Of a stretch of 42,261 nt of DNA, positions 1 through 8,605 are shown one piece after another. Under the pieces are notes generated by a model that had not been told where the DNA came from, made no database searches, and saw nothing but the letters and a program-made list of their open reading frames with translations. The position numbers and the translations under genes are program-made. Origin of the DNA: Candidatus Auribacterota bacterium (GTDB lineage Bacteria > Auribacterota > JAFGBW01); NCBI GenBank assembly GCA_016932965.1, contig JAFGBW010000138.1, positions 1 through 42,261 of the forward strand. The letters are read 5' to 3'. Numbering within the stretch: position 1 is the first letter of the stretch; every line of letters starts with the position of its first letter.

Positions 1-708
1 CCAGGCTATGCCAGAAAAATCGGAGTCAAGACAGATGAACTTCTGATTTCACAGCCGGACTGCGGAGAGGACGCCCTGAGTATCGCTGAAACTCTGGTGA
101 GAAGCAACGCGGTGGATGTCATTGTGGTGGATTCCGTGGCTGCTTTGACACCGAGAGCGGAACTGGACGGTGAAATGGGCGACAAATTCATCGGTTTGCA
201 GGCCCGAATGATGTCACAGGCCATGCGTAAACTGACCGCGACAGTGGCCAAAAGTAAAACATGCCTGATCTTCATCAATCAAATCAGGGAAAAAGTGGGC
301 ATCATGTTTGGAAATCCTGAGACAACAACAGGTGGACGCGCTCTCAAATTCTTCGCCTCCATGCGCATCGAGGTCAAAAAGCAGGAAATCCTGAAAAGCG
401 GTGATGAAGAGGCAACCGGGCACAAAGTGAAAGCCAAAGTAGTCAAAAACAAGCTCGCGGCCCCTTTCAGATATGCGGAATTCGAAATCAATTTCAATCA
501 GGGAATTTCGAAATCAGGAGAACTCATTGATTTGGGAGTGGAGTATAAAATCATTGATAAAAAAGGTTCCTGGTTTTCCTATGGAGATGAAAAAATCGGA
601 CAAGGCAGGGACGCTGCCAAATCATATCTGGATGGAAACCATAAAATTCTGCACGAGTTGGAAGAAAAAATCAGAAAAATCCTTTTTGAAAAATACAGAG
701 CAAAATAA
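1..708 (+). CDS. recA: Recombinase RecA, C-terminal part (5' end lies outside the window)
   Basis: Frame 1 is open from base 1 ([39 protein letters not shown]) and runs into the listed ORF. RecA hallmark stretches are [33 protein letters not shown] and [35 protein letters not shown]. Stop TAA at 706-708. Confidence 0.95.
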   Translation, partial: PGYARKIGVKTDELLISQPDCGEDALSIAETLVRSNAVDVIVVDSVAALTPRAELDGEMGDKFIGLQARMMSQAMRKLTATVAKSKTCLIFINQIREKVGIMFGNPETTTGGRALKFFASMRIEVKKQEILKSGDEEATGHKVKAKVVKNKLAAPFRYAEFEINFNQGISKSGELIDLGVEYKIIDKKGSWFSYGDEKIGQGRDAAKSYLDGNHKILHELEEKIRKILFEKYRAK

Positions 709-716
709 TTAGGACA

Positions 717-1191
717 TTAACGGCCGCACATTGAAAATTCACAAATAGATGCAGTTGTTTCCCGGATCATGAATTCGTCGGCCGTAAACTCCTTTGTTTT
801 CGGCGGGATTAGGCCGATCAAACAATTGTGAAGCATCCTTTTGAGCGGAGATTCCCAAATGCTTGTTTTAGGGAACTTCAATATCCAATCAGAAATCCAA
901 CCGGCTTCAAACCGATCGCTGCTCCATTCCGGGAGGAACCGGTTGTACCGGCCGGAGTTGACGCACCTGTTCCGCATCTTGAATCGCTCTATTATAATCC
1001 GGTTCAGAAAGATATTTCACTTCTTTTTCCGATGGATCCACACAAAGGTAGAACCAATCCTGGGTATGCGTGTTCTGACAAGTGAAGTATAAAATCCCGT
1101 CTTTCAGATAAGGGAGCCGGCTGAACTGGATCCTTCCTGATGTGTTGAGATGATAATTGCCCTGCCAGGTCCTTTGATAGTCCTCTTTAAA
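717..1191 (-). pseudogene. Possible decayed gene remnant with a broken reading frame; function unknown
   Basis: Minus-strand translation gives a protein-like stretch with no start codon from about 1191 to a stop at about 907 (FKEDYQRTWQGNYHLNTSGRIQFSRLPYLKDGILYFTCQNTHTQDWFYLCVDPSEKEVKYLSEPDYNRAIQDAEQVRQL). It overlaps ORF 717..977, which is in a different frame (..LPEWSSDRFEAGWISDWILKF..). No intact ORF fills the roughly 560-bp gap between recA and the next gene. Confidence 0.25.
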
Positions 1192-1273
1192 TCATATGGA
1201 ACAGGTCATTTTCATTCGCCATGATGACCACAAAGGGTGTAGCTGATCATATCAATGACAGGGAAACATTCCC

Positions 1274-2740
1274 TCATCCGGTTACATGATTTTTAAGTGC
1301 TGTTCCGGTTTTTCCCGATTCAAATTCATGAATATTGTCAACCGTTGTCTGGGCAATATTGTTCAAGGCCTCCGTGGTAAGAAAGGCCTGGTGACTTGTC
1401 ACGATGACGTTATTGAAAGTCAAAAGCCTGGCCAGCGTGTCATCGGATAACACCTTGTCAGAGACATCTTCAAAAAAGTAGGAGCCTTCCCCTTCGTACA
1501 CATCAAGCCCGGCATAGCCTATCTTCCCTGTTTTAAGGCCGTCAAGCAAAGCAGTTGTATCGATCAAAGCACCTCGGCTTGTATTAATCAGCATGACTCC
1601 TTTTTTCATTTTACTGATGGCAGCGGTATTGATCATATGTTTGTTTTCTGCAGTTAACGGGACATGGAGGGAAATGATGTCGGATTCCGCAAAAAGGGTG
1701 TCCAGATCTACGAAACGGGCGTTGAAATTCTTTTCAACAGACAGATCAGGAAACGGATCATAGACAAGAAGCCGGCATCCGAATCCGGCCAGAATACTGA
1801 GAGTGCACCTGCCGATTTTTCCTGCGCCTAAAATACCGGCGGTTTTTCCATGCACGTCAAATCCGACAAAACCGTTCAACGAGAAGTTCCCTTCCTTGAC
1901 GCGGTTATTGGCGCGATGGGTCCTCCTGTTCAATGTCATCATCAGGGCAACGGCATGTTCCGCAACCGCGAAAGGTGAATACGCAGGGACCCTGACCACT
2001 GAAACACCGCGTTTTTTACAGGCATTGAGATCGACGTTATTGAATCCGGCGCACCTCAATGCAATGAGATTGATTCCCATTGAATGGAGGTTGTCCAAGA
2101 CCTCGGCATCCACTCTATCATTAACAAATATACAGACCGCATTACATCCTGCAGCCAGAGAAACCGTATCAGGTGTCAATTTTGTTTCAAAGAAACGATA
2201 GGAATAATTATACGGATTGTTCCTCGTGAAGGTCTCCTCCATGTACGGTTTTGAATCAAAGAAGGCCACTTTGTAACGCCGGTCCAGGTCCTGCCCCAGC
2301 AGCTTTGCAACCATGTTCGTTTCCCTGTGGAGGCGGCTTGTGATGCTGGAAAGGATTCCTCTGGCGATAGAGCTATTGGCCTCCAAAAGCTCATTGAAAT
2401 TGGAATAATTCAATATCCAGGCAACAACCCGGGTACGAGCCTTTAAAGTGGCAGAACGAACCATTTCTCCAAAAAGTCCCATCTCCCCTGCTATGTCATT
2501 GGCCTTTAAAAGTGTAATTTCAATGAGATTTCCGTCCGCATGGGTTTTTAGCACACTGATTTCCCCGGACTCAATGATGAACATGCAGTCTCCTTTTTCA
2601 CCTTCAGAACAAAGAATGTCATCAGTTTTATATTCGGATTTTTTGAGTTTCCGCATGACCTGCTGAAGGGCATCCTCTGCAAGTTTCGAAAAGGCAGGGA
2701 CATGGCGCAAAACTTCAATTGAAATGGATGGTGAGCTCAT
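1274..2740 (-). CDS. Fusion protein: N-terminal cyclic-nucleotide-binding (CAP-effector-type) domain plus D-isomer-specific 2-hydroxyacid dehydrogenase (D-lactate dehydrogenase-like)
   Basis: The N-terminal ~130 aa carry the cNMP-binding signature FIIESGEISVLK...GEMGLFGEMVRSATLKARTRV. The rest matches LdhA-type D-2-hydroxyacid dehydrogenases: KVAFFDSKPY, LRCAGFNNVDL, VVRVPAYSPFAVAEHAV, the NAD fold GILGAGKIGR, and catalytic-His context VTSHQAFLT. A strong RBS (GGAAGGAG) lies upstream of the ATG at 2740. Confidence 0.85.
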   Translation of the reverse strand: MSSPSISIEVLRHVPAFSKLAEDALQQVMRKLKKSEYKTDDILCSEGEKGDCMFIIESGEISVLKTHADGNLIEITLLKANDIAGEMGLFGEMVRSATLKARTRVVAWILNYSNFNELLEANSSIARGILSSITSRLHRETNMVAKLLGQDLDRRYKVAFFDSKPYMEETFTRNNPYNYSYRFFETKLTPDTVSLAAGCNAVCIFVNDRVDAEVLDNLHSMGINLIALRCAGFNNVDLNACKKRGVSVVRVPAYSPFAVAEHAVALMMTLNRRTHRANNRVKEGNFSLNGFVGFDVHGKTAGILGAGKIGRCTLSILAGFGCRLLVYDPFPDLSVEKNFNARFVDLDTLFAESDIISLHVPLTAENKHMINTAAISKMKKGVMLINTSRGALIDTTALLDGLKTGKIGYAGLDVYEGEGSYFFEDVSDKVLSDDTLARLLTFNNVIVTSHQAFLTTEALNNIAQTTVDNIHEFESGKTGTALKNHVTG

Positions 2741-2761
2741 GATTATTCTCCTTCCTTATCA

Positions 2762-4237
2762 TTACATCAAGAATGCCCCAAAATAAATCAAAAGGCCGAG
2801 AACAGCCACATAAATCAAACAATATAAAAAAGTCTTTCGAAATATTTCATTCTGTCTGGATTCAATTCCCACGGTTGCCGCGGCCACTGAGATGCTCTGG
2901 GGGGAAATCATCTTACCGGCTGTGGCTCCTGCCGTATTGGAGGCGGTAATCCAGGAAGGATCATAACCCGTGGAAACAGCCGTTTGTTTCTGAAGCTCTC
3001 CCAGCAGAATATTGGATGATGTATCGCTTCCGGTTACAAACGTTCCCATTGCGCCAAGTAAGGGTGCAATGAGAGGAAAAAATGCTCCTGAAAAGGAAGC
3101 GATCATGACGGCGATCAAGGAGATCATTCCGGAGGCCCCCATCACCTTGGCAAGAATCAGAATGGAAATGATGGTGATGCATGTCCATTTGATTTTCTGA
3201 GCGGTTTTCCATATCAAAATTCGTATTTGATTCAAGGTAATACCCTGAATGAATCCCCCTGTCAGAGCGGAAAGGAAAAGAAGGGTGCCGGGAGTCGTCA
3301 GCCAATCGATCTTGACGGCATGTCCGTTTAAATGGATTTGAATGAGAAAGGGAGATTCGTTGAGAAAACAAATAGGTATCAGGCGGGTGACCAGAACCAG
3401 GAGCAATAAAATGGAAAAGGGAATGACTGCCATGATGATTTTTACAGAGATGAAATTTTCAGAACCGGGATGTTTCAAGCGCCGGAGGACAACATAAAAA
3501 ATGAGGGAGCCGATGGAGGCGGCGATGGCTACCAGTTCAGGACCTGCAGTGAATGCGACTGCGAGCTGAATGACTGAAAAAACCGCTCCTATTGACAACA
3601 CCTCCAGACAGGCTGAAAATCCTGGCCGTTTGTCTTTGTCTGCGAGAAACACAATGCCTAGAGGAACCAAAAGTGCAAATACGGCAAGCTGAACAGCAAC
3701 ATGATGTGTCAGAGTGTTTTGATCAAGACCGGTGACGTTAGCCAAAATGATAACAGGAATTCCAAGAGCTCCAAAAGCTACCGGTACAGAATTGGCCACA
3801 AGGCAGATCACAGCGGCCAGGACCGGTTCAAATCCGATGGAAATAAGCATGGCGGTGGGGATCGCCACGGCTGTTCCGAATCCTGCAACAGCCTCAAGAA
3901 ATCCCCCGAAACAAAAGGCGATCAGAACAGCCTGAATATTTAAATCAGGACACAAACGGATTAAAAAACTCTTGATTTCATCCATGGCGCCTGTTTCCAC
4001 ACTGATGAAATAAGTAAAAACAGCGGCAAAAATAACCCAGATAATGGGCACAATCGCTGTAATCAGACCCTCCATTGAAGATAACAGGATGGTCTTGAAT
4101 GACGTTTTCATGACGAAGAAAGCGATCATCTGTGTAATCAGCATCGTTCCAAATGTGGCAGTATGGGCTCTGATCCGGGTGAATCCCAGTGTATAGAGCA
4201 GAATCAAAAAAGGGCTTAAACTTACTAATTCTTTCAC
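2762..4237 (-). CDS. lctP: L-lactate permease (LctP family)
   Basis: Polytopic membrane protein with the LctP-family stretch FCFGGFLEAVAGFGTAVAIPTAMLISIGFEPVLAAVICLVANSVPVAFGALGIPV. GTG start at 4237. It ends 21 nt upstream of the cNMP-LDH gene on the same strand. Confidence 0.88.
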   Translation of the reverse strand: MKELVSLSPFLILLYTLGFTRIRAHTATFGTMLITQMIAFFVMKTSFKTILLSSMEGLITAIVPIIWVIFAAVFTYFISVETGAMDEIKSFLIRLCPDLNIQAVLIAFCFGGFLEAVAGFGTAVAIPTAMLISIGFEPVLAAVICLVANSVPVAFGALGIPVIILANVTGLDQNTLTHHVAVQLAVFALLVPLGIVFLADKDKRPGFSACLEVLSIGAVFSVIQLAVAFTAGPELVAIAASIGSLIFYVVLRRLKHPGSENFISVKIIMAVIPFSILLLLVLVTRLIPICFLNESPFLIQIHLNGHAVKIDWLTTPGTLLFLSALTGGFIQGITLNQIRILIWKTAQKIKWTCITIISILILAKVMGASGMISLIAVMIASFSGAFFPLIAPLLGAMGTFVTGSDTSSNILLGELQKQTAVSTGYDPSWITASNTAGATAGKMISPQSISVAAATVGIESRQNEIFRKTFLYCLIYVAVLGLLIYFGAFLM

Positions 4238-4307
4238 ATGACTATCTCCAGTTGATTTTTATCAAACTAGCAGATAGTATGGGACATGTAAAAACGAATC
4301 CACAGGG

Positions 4308-4802
4308 TTGTCCCTCTATAATGAACCGATATTAAAATGCTGTTCATTTGAATTGTCTTATGCTGCCGAACTTATACCTTTTCATTATGTTAAGTCTTTT
4401 CACCTGGAGCCTGGCCGGTATACGTTGTTTTTTGATCACGATGCCATTGCGTCCGGAATAGTGGCAATCGGACTTATTTTTATTGTCACCTCCATGACCC
4501 AGGGGTTCAAGAGACGGCCTTTCGCCATCAAAAAGCTCTGGTTGATCGTGATTCCTTGTTTTGTTGTCTTTTTTGCAGTCACCCTATTTTTCAGCGGCAG
4601 TCTCGGAGCACCGGAAACGGGTGATCTGCCTGTATTCGCCCTGCGTGAACACTATCTGTTCACAAAGGGAACTGAAGTGAGCCGACTGCGTTTCATCACT
4701 GTTGCCTCGAGTTTTTTAATTTGCTGGCATGGATTCATGATGGCATTTGTGATTGACCAATGGATGCATTTCAAAAATTCTGGGAAACATCTGCAAAAAT
4801 AA
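4308..4802 (+). CDS. Hypothetical small membrane protein (about 3 predicted TM helices)
   Basis: Only an ORF with hydrophobic segments (IVAIGLIFIVTS, LWLIVIPCFVVFFAVTLFF, FITVASSFLICWHGFMMAFVI). TTG start in the track, so the true start is uncertain. No recognisable motif. Confidence 0.4.
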   Translation: MSLYNEPILKCCSFELSYAAELIPFHYVKSFHLEPGRYTLFFDHDAIASGIVAIGLIFIVTSMTQGFKRRPFAIKKLWLIVIPCFVVFFAVTLFFSGSLGAPETGDLPVFALREHYLFTKGTEVSRLRFITVASSFLICWHGFMMAFVIDQWMHFKNSGKHLQK

Positions 4803-5072
4803 GTCTAGTTTTTCAACAGGTCTTCATACATTGTTCAATACGTCAAAATCAGGACAGGATCTGACAGATGCAAATCAGTTACAACAGCAACTTGTATCGT
4901 TCCTATGATAAAAACATTCACCAAGATTTTATCTCCCGAGATGAACCGGTCAATCATCTATCCAGGAATTTGTTCTGAGATTCATCATCCTGATGCTCCT
5001 TATCGAATAATTTAAGAAAGTAATGGAGATAAGATGTTCTATTTTATTTATTTGCAACAAGTTAAAAAAAAT

Positions 5073-5192
5073 GAAAAAAAGATAAAAAGCCTGAATTCCT
5101 TATTTCCATGTTGATTATCCACAAAAAAAATGGAAAAGAGATTATTGTTTCTCATTTATTACCATCATTCCCCTTTTTTTATCTTTTTTTTC
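5073..5192. repeat. AT-rich imperfect inverted repeat (GAAAAAAAGATAAAAAG at 5073-5089; its approximate complement CTTTTTTTATCTTTTTTTTC at 5173-5192)
   Basis: Read directly. The arms are homopolymer-rich, so the significance of the pairing is limited. Confidence 0.4.
5115..5123 (+). promoter_or_regulatory. Perfect consensus DnaA box TTATCCACA
   Basis: Exact 9-mer TTATCCACA at 5115-5123, in the AT-rich 500-bp intergenic region downstream of pcm and between the two inverted-repeat arms. I saw only one such box nearby. Confidence 0.3.
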
Positions 5193-5310
5193 TATTGATG
5201 GATCTGATAACTCGACATGGTGTTCTGCAGATTAACGGAATTTGAACATGCAAAACATTCAAAAATGATTCATCCTGATGAAGATTATCATAAAAAAACT
5301 ACTGTGAATT

Positions 5311-5949
5311 TTATTTGCCTTTCACCATGGGAACAAACCGAACTCCGATTGTCTCTTTGGTAATGACTCGGTGTTCCTGTTTTTCAAGGAGCAATAATTC
5401 CTGAGTCCATGTGCCGATCGGAATGACCATTTTCCCGCCTACAACCAATTGTTCCACTAACGAGGAAGGAATTTCTGCAGGAGCCGCCGTGACACAGATT
5501 TTTTCATATGGAGCATGTTCCTTCCATCCGGCGTGTCCGTCACAGCATCTGAAAAAAATATTGTGATAGCCGTATTCCTTCAATCTTTTTTCGGCAGAGG
5601 AAGCCAGTTCAGGAATGATTTCCATGGTAAATACCTCCTTTACGAGAGAAGCCAAAACGGCCGTCTGATAGCCTGCACCAGTCCCGATTTCCAACACCCT
5701 GTCATTTTTTGAAAGTTGAAGTAATTCCGTCATCAAAGCAACAATATAAGGCTGGGAAACCGTCTGACCGCATCCAATAGGAACGGGATAATCCTCATAA
5801 GCCTCCTCCAGGGATCCTTCTGGAATAAAAATATGCCGTTCAATTTTTAATAACGCTTCCAGGACTTTTTTATCTGAAATCCCCCTGGCTTGGATTTGTT
5901 GTTCCACCATCTCTTTTCTTTTTTCAGTCCACTTCTGCATAAAGCACAA
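5311..5949 (-). CDS. pcm: Protein-L-isoaspartate O-methyltransferase
   Basis: Motifs GQTVSQPYIVALMTELL, the SAM-binding VLEIGTGAGYQTAVLA, and GGKMVIPIG. The track start at 5949 is TTG. The in-frame ATG at 5940 (MQKWTEKRKEM) is the more likely start. Confidence 0.9.
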   Translation of the reverse strand: MCFMQKWTEKRKEMVEQQIQARGISDKKVLEALLKIERHIFIPEGSLEEAYEDYPVPIGCGQTVSQPYIVALMTELLQLSKNDRVLEIGTGAGYQTAVLASLVKEVFTMEIIPELASSAEKRLKEYGYHNIFFRCCDGHAGWKEHAPYEKICVTAAPAEIPSSLVEQLVVGGKMVIPIGTWTQELLLLEKQEHRVITKETIGVRFVPMVKGK

Positions 5950-6065
5950 GACCTATTTATAAGATTCTTGATAACTAATTATTGATCAGTCCGTTACCTC
6001 CAGCAGAGGTGGAGACTTGATATGAGAATCCCCCAAAGGGATTTGTTTATAGTTGATATGGCAAT

Positions 6066-6179
6066 AAAATCGAGAATATAAGATAAAAAATCCCGAAAAA
6101 TAAAAAACAAAAGAAATAGGATTCATTACTTTTTTATAAATTCAGATTCTTTTATCTTTTCTACTCAATTCTCGATTTT
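6066..6179. repeat. AT-rich long inverted repeat (AAAATCGAGAATATAAGATAAAA at 6066-6088; TTTTATCTTTTCTACTCAATTCTCGATTTT at 6150-6179)
   Basis: The reverse complement of the right arm is AAAATCGAGAATTGAGTAGAAAAGATAAAA. It shares AAAATCGAGAAT and AAGATAAAA with the left arm. An inner AATCC/GGATT pair extends the hairpin. It lies in the divergent pcm/iolB intergenic region. Confidence 0.45.
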
Positions 6180-6285
6180 TAATTCTTACTCATCAGTTAT
6201 TATTTTTAATGCGTTATGTTTAACTTATGATTATATTTTTACCCGGAAAATAGTGTAATTATACATAGCACATTCAAATTTTATC

Positions 6286-7053
6286 ATGATACCAACACTT
6301 TGTATACATCGATGGCTTATTCCTGATATCAGGGTAAAACAACTTGATTTCATGGCGTTCAAAATACTTTCCGGGAAAACAATCACTCTTCCCCCCAAAA
6401 AGACTGAATCCTTTATCGTACTGATCAAAGGGTCAGCCAGCTTCCATATTAATGATGTTCATTTCAAGTCCAAAAGATCATCTCCATTTACTGATTTGCC
6501 CAGCGGCATGTTTATACCGGCAGACCATGCCTTGTCTATTCAAGCTAAAAACGAGACTGAGGTTGGATGGTGCATCTCCAAATCCAAACCAAGGAGAAAA
6601 AATCTTCTCCCATTCTTTGTTCCTGAAAAAGAGGTCCGGATCCGCACGGTAGGACAAGAACATCATCAAAGAACCGTCATGGATATCCTCTCTGAGTCGC
6701 ACCAGGCAGATTATCTGCTTGTTGGGGAGACGCTTTCCAAACCCGGCATGTGGTCCAGCTATCCGCCCCATAAGCACGATCATTCTAAATTAAATCAGGA
6801 GTCAAAAATGGAAGAAATCTATTATTACCGTACTGAGCTGAAAAACCGTTTTGGATTGCAATGCCTTTATTCTCCGGAACATAAAATGGACTTCTGTTTT
6901 CGGGTAAAAAACCATGATTGTCTGGCTATCCCGTTTGGTTTTCATCCTGTTTCAGCGCCCCCGGACAGCCGTTTTTACTATCTTTGGATGCTCAGCGGAA
7001 ATACCAGGAAATTACACTATAAAACTGATCCGGATTTTAATGAGATCAAATGA
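6286..7053 (+). CDS. iolB: 5-deoxy-glucuronate isomerase (KduI/IolB family)
   Basis: IolB-type signature KPGMWSSYPPHKHDH, then EEIYYYR and PFGFHPVSAPPDSRFYYLWMLSG. An alternative start ATG lies at 6352 (MAFKILSGK). Confidence 0.72.
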   Translation: MIPTLCIHRWLIPDIRVKQLDFMAFKILSGKTITLPPKKTESFIVLIKGSASFHINDVHFKSKRSSPFTDLPSGMFIPADHALSIQAKNETEVGWCISKSKPRRKNLLPFFVPEKEVRIRTVGQEHHQRTVMDILSESHQADYLLVGETLSKPGMWSSYPPHKHDHSKLNQESKMEEIYYYRTELKNRFGLQCLYSPEHKMDFCFRVKNHDCLAIPFGFHPVSAPPDSRFYYLWMLSGNTRKLHYKTDPDFNEIK

Positions 7054-7328
7054 TTTACTATTGTGATCACTCTCTGGTCAAAATGTCCAGCACGACTCCG
7101 TAAAAATCTTGTTATTAAACAAAAAATTCATCATAATTTATTATTATTTATGTTAGTTGTTTAATTCGCGGATTAAAATATTACATCCCTTGAATTTGAT
7201 TGCGGCAGAACTCTCGCGGCAAATCATCTGTGGTGTAATGAATGCTTAGAAAATCTCCGGAAGTGTCAAAGTTTGGGCTAAGAAAACCGGATGGCGGCAT
7301 ACCCGGTTTAATCAAAATAAGGAAAAGC

Positions 7329-8387
7329 ATGAAAACAAAAATAAATCCTGATGTACAATCCCTCTCGTACAAGGAATGCGGGGTCAATATTGATGAAGGG
7401 TCCCGTTTCGTTTCAAAAATAAAAAAAATCGTATCTTCCTGGCATAGACCAGAGCTCATGAAAGGCATCGGCGGATTCGGCGGCCTTTTTGATATTTCCA
7501 GCCTTGGCATGAAACACCCGGTACTGGTTACTTCCATCGACGGTGTGGGAACCAAACTGAATATTGCACGAATGATGAAAAAACACGATAGCGTGGGCAT
7601 GGATATCGTCAATCATTGCGTCAATGACATTTTAGTCCAGGGTGCGAAACCGTTATATTTTACCGATTACATCGGTACCGGCAGGCTTGACGCTGATTGC
7701 ATGGAACAGGTCGTCAAGGGCATGTTCCAGGCATGCAAAGATGCCAACTGTGAACTGATCGGTGGTGAAACAGCGGAAATGCCCGGCATGTATAAGGACG
7801 ATGAATACGATCTCGTCGGCTCTATCACGGGAGTGGTTGAAAAAGAAAAAATCATCACCGGCGACAGATTGGTCCATGGAGATGTTCTCATCTCCCTGCC
7901 ATCGAACGGACTCCATACCAACGGATATTCGCTGGCCAGAAAGATTGTTTTCGATATAAAGAATCTTAAGGTGGACTCCTATGTGGAAGAACTGGAGTGT
8001 AGTATCGGTGAAGCCCTTCTGGTTCCCCACCGTTGTTTCGGACCCCTCATGTACGGTCTTTTTGATCAGGTGGATATCAAAGGCATGGCCCATATTACCG
8101 GGGGTGGAATCACGGATAATCTGCCCAGGATTTTCCCAAAAGGTATTGGAGCGGAAATCAAGATCAGTTCCATTCAAGTATTGCCAATTTTTCATTGCCT
8201 CCAAAAATGGGGAGGGGTTGAACTCATGGAGATGATGAAGGTTTTCAATATGGGAGTCGGAATGGTGTTGGCGGTTTCTCAGGAAGAGAGTGAGTTGTGT
8301 CTCAAACTTTGCCGAGAAAATTTTCCTGGATCCGCAGTCATCGGTCGCATTATTCAGGCAGAACAAAAAGCAGTTAAATACATCTAA
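7329..8387 (+). CDS. purM: Phosphoribosylformylglycinamidine cyclo-ligase (AIR synthetase)
   Basis: Motifs YKECGVNIDEG, GIGGFGGLFD, TSIDGVGTKL, DIVNHCVNDILVQGAKPLYFTDY and GGETAEMPGMY. The track ORF starts at 7242. The ATG at 7329 (MKTKINPD), preceded by AAGGAAAAG, fits PurM length better. Confidence 0.93.
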   Translation: MKTKINPDVQSLSYKECGVNIDEGSRFVSKIKKIVSSWHRPELMKGIGGFGGLFDISSLGMKHPVLVTSIDGVGTKLNIARMMKKHDSVGMDIVNHCVNDILVQGAKPLYFTDYIGTGRLDADCMEQVVKGMFQACKDANCELIGGETAEMPGMYKDDEYDLVGSITGVVEKEKIITGDRLVHGDVLISLPSNGLHTNGYSLARKIVFDIKNLKVDSYVEELECSIGEALLVPHRCFGPLMYGLFDQVDIKGMAHITGGGITDNLPRIFPKGIGAEIKISSIQVLPIFHCLQKWGGVELMEMMKVFNMGVGMVLAVSQEESELCLKLCRENFPGSAVIGRIIQAEQKAVKYI

Positions 8388-8535
8388 TCTGTATCTATTG
8401 TAAATGTCATCCTATGCCAGAGCAAAATGTTTCATAAGCACTTGTCGATAAATGGACGAACAAATATCTCATCCGTTTTTTCAATTCTTTCCTATTATGT
8501 AAAATCAATGTTGTCCATTTTGTTAGATCAATTCA

Positions 8536-8551
8536 TATCAACACGTTGATA
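8536..8551. promoter_or_regulatory. Palindrome TATCAAC-AC-GTTGATA, a possible operator upstream of the response-regulator gene
   Basis: Perfect 7-bp inverted arms with a 2-nt spacer, about 55 nt upstream of the ATG at 8606. No binding factor can be assigned. Confidence 0.25.
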
Positions 8552-8605
8552 AATTTATACTTTTACAAAAATCTGTTTTAAGATAATCTTTCTTTAGGAG
8601 AGGCA

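Noticed and set aside
828-1092. Two overlapping plus-strand ORFs (85 and 83 aa) downstream of recA.
   Set aside because: They mutually overlap in different frames and their sequences are not protein-like. The minus strand gives more convincing, though broken, coding signal.
5131-5247. A 38-codon hydrophobic small ORF (MEKRLLFLIYYHHSPFFIFFFLLMDLITRHGVLQINGI) in the AT-rich gap.
   Set aside because: There is no ribosome-binding site. The hydrophobicity is explained by T-runs, and there is no supporting evidence.
4803-5310. The chromosomal origin of replication (AT-rich region with a DnaA box).
   Set aside because: I found only a single consensus box, there is no dnaA/dnaN/gidA context, and genes on both sides are not arranged as at typical origins. 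I kept it only as a low-interest lone-DnaA-box observation.
7054-7328. A possible purine or ZTP riboswitch, or an attenuator, in the purM leader. GCGGCA recurs three times and there is a weak AACCGG...CCGGTT hairpin.
   Set aside because: I could not find the conserved cores of the purine (three-way junction) or ZTP (pfl) riboswitches. The hairpin is short and is not followed by a U-run. A covariance-model scan would be needed to revive this idea.
7653-8366. A 237-aa ORF antisense to purM.
   Set aside because: It lies entirely within purM, which has strong conserved motifs. The antisense product has no recognisable features, as is typical of shadow ORFs.
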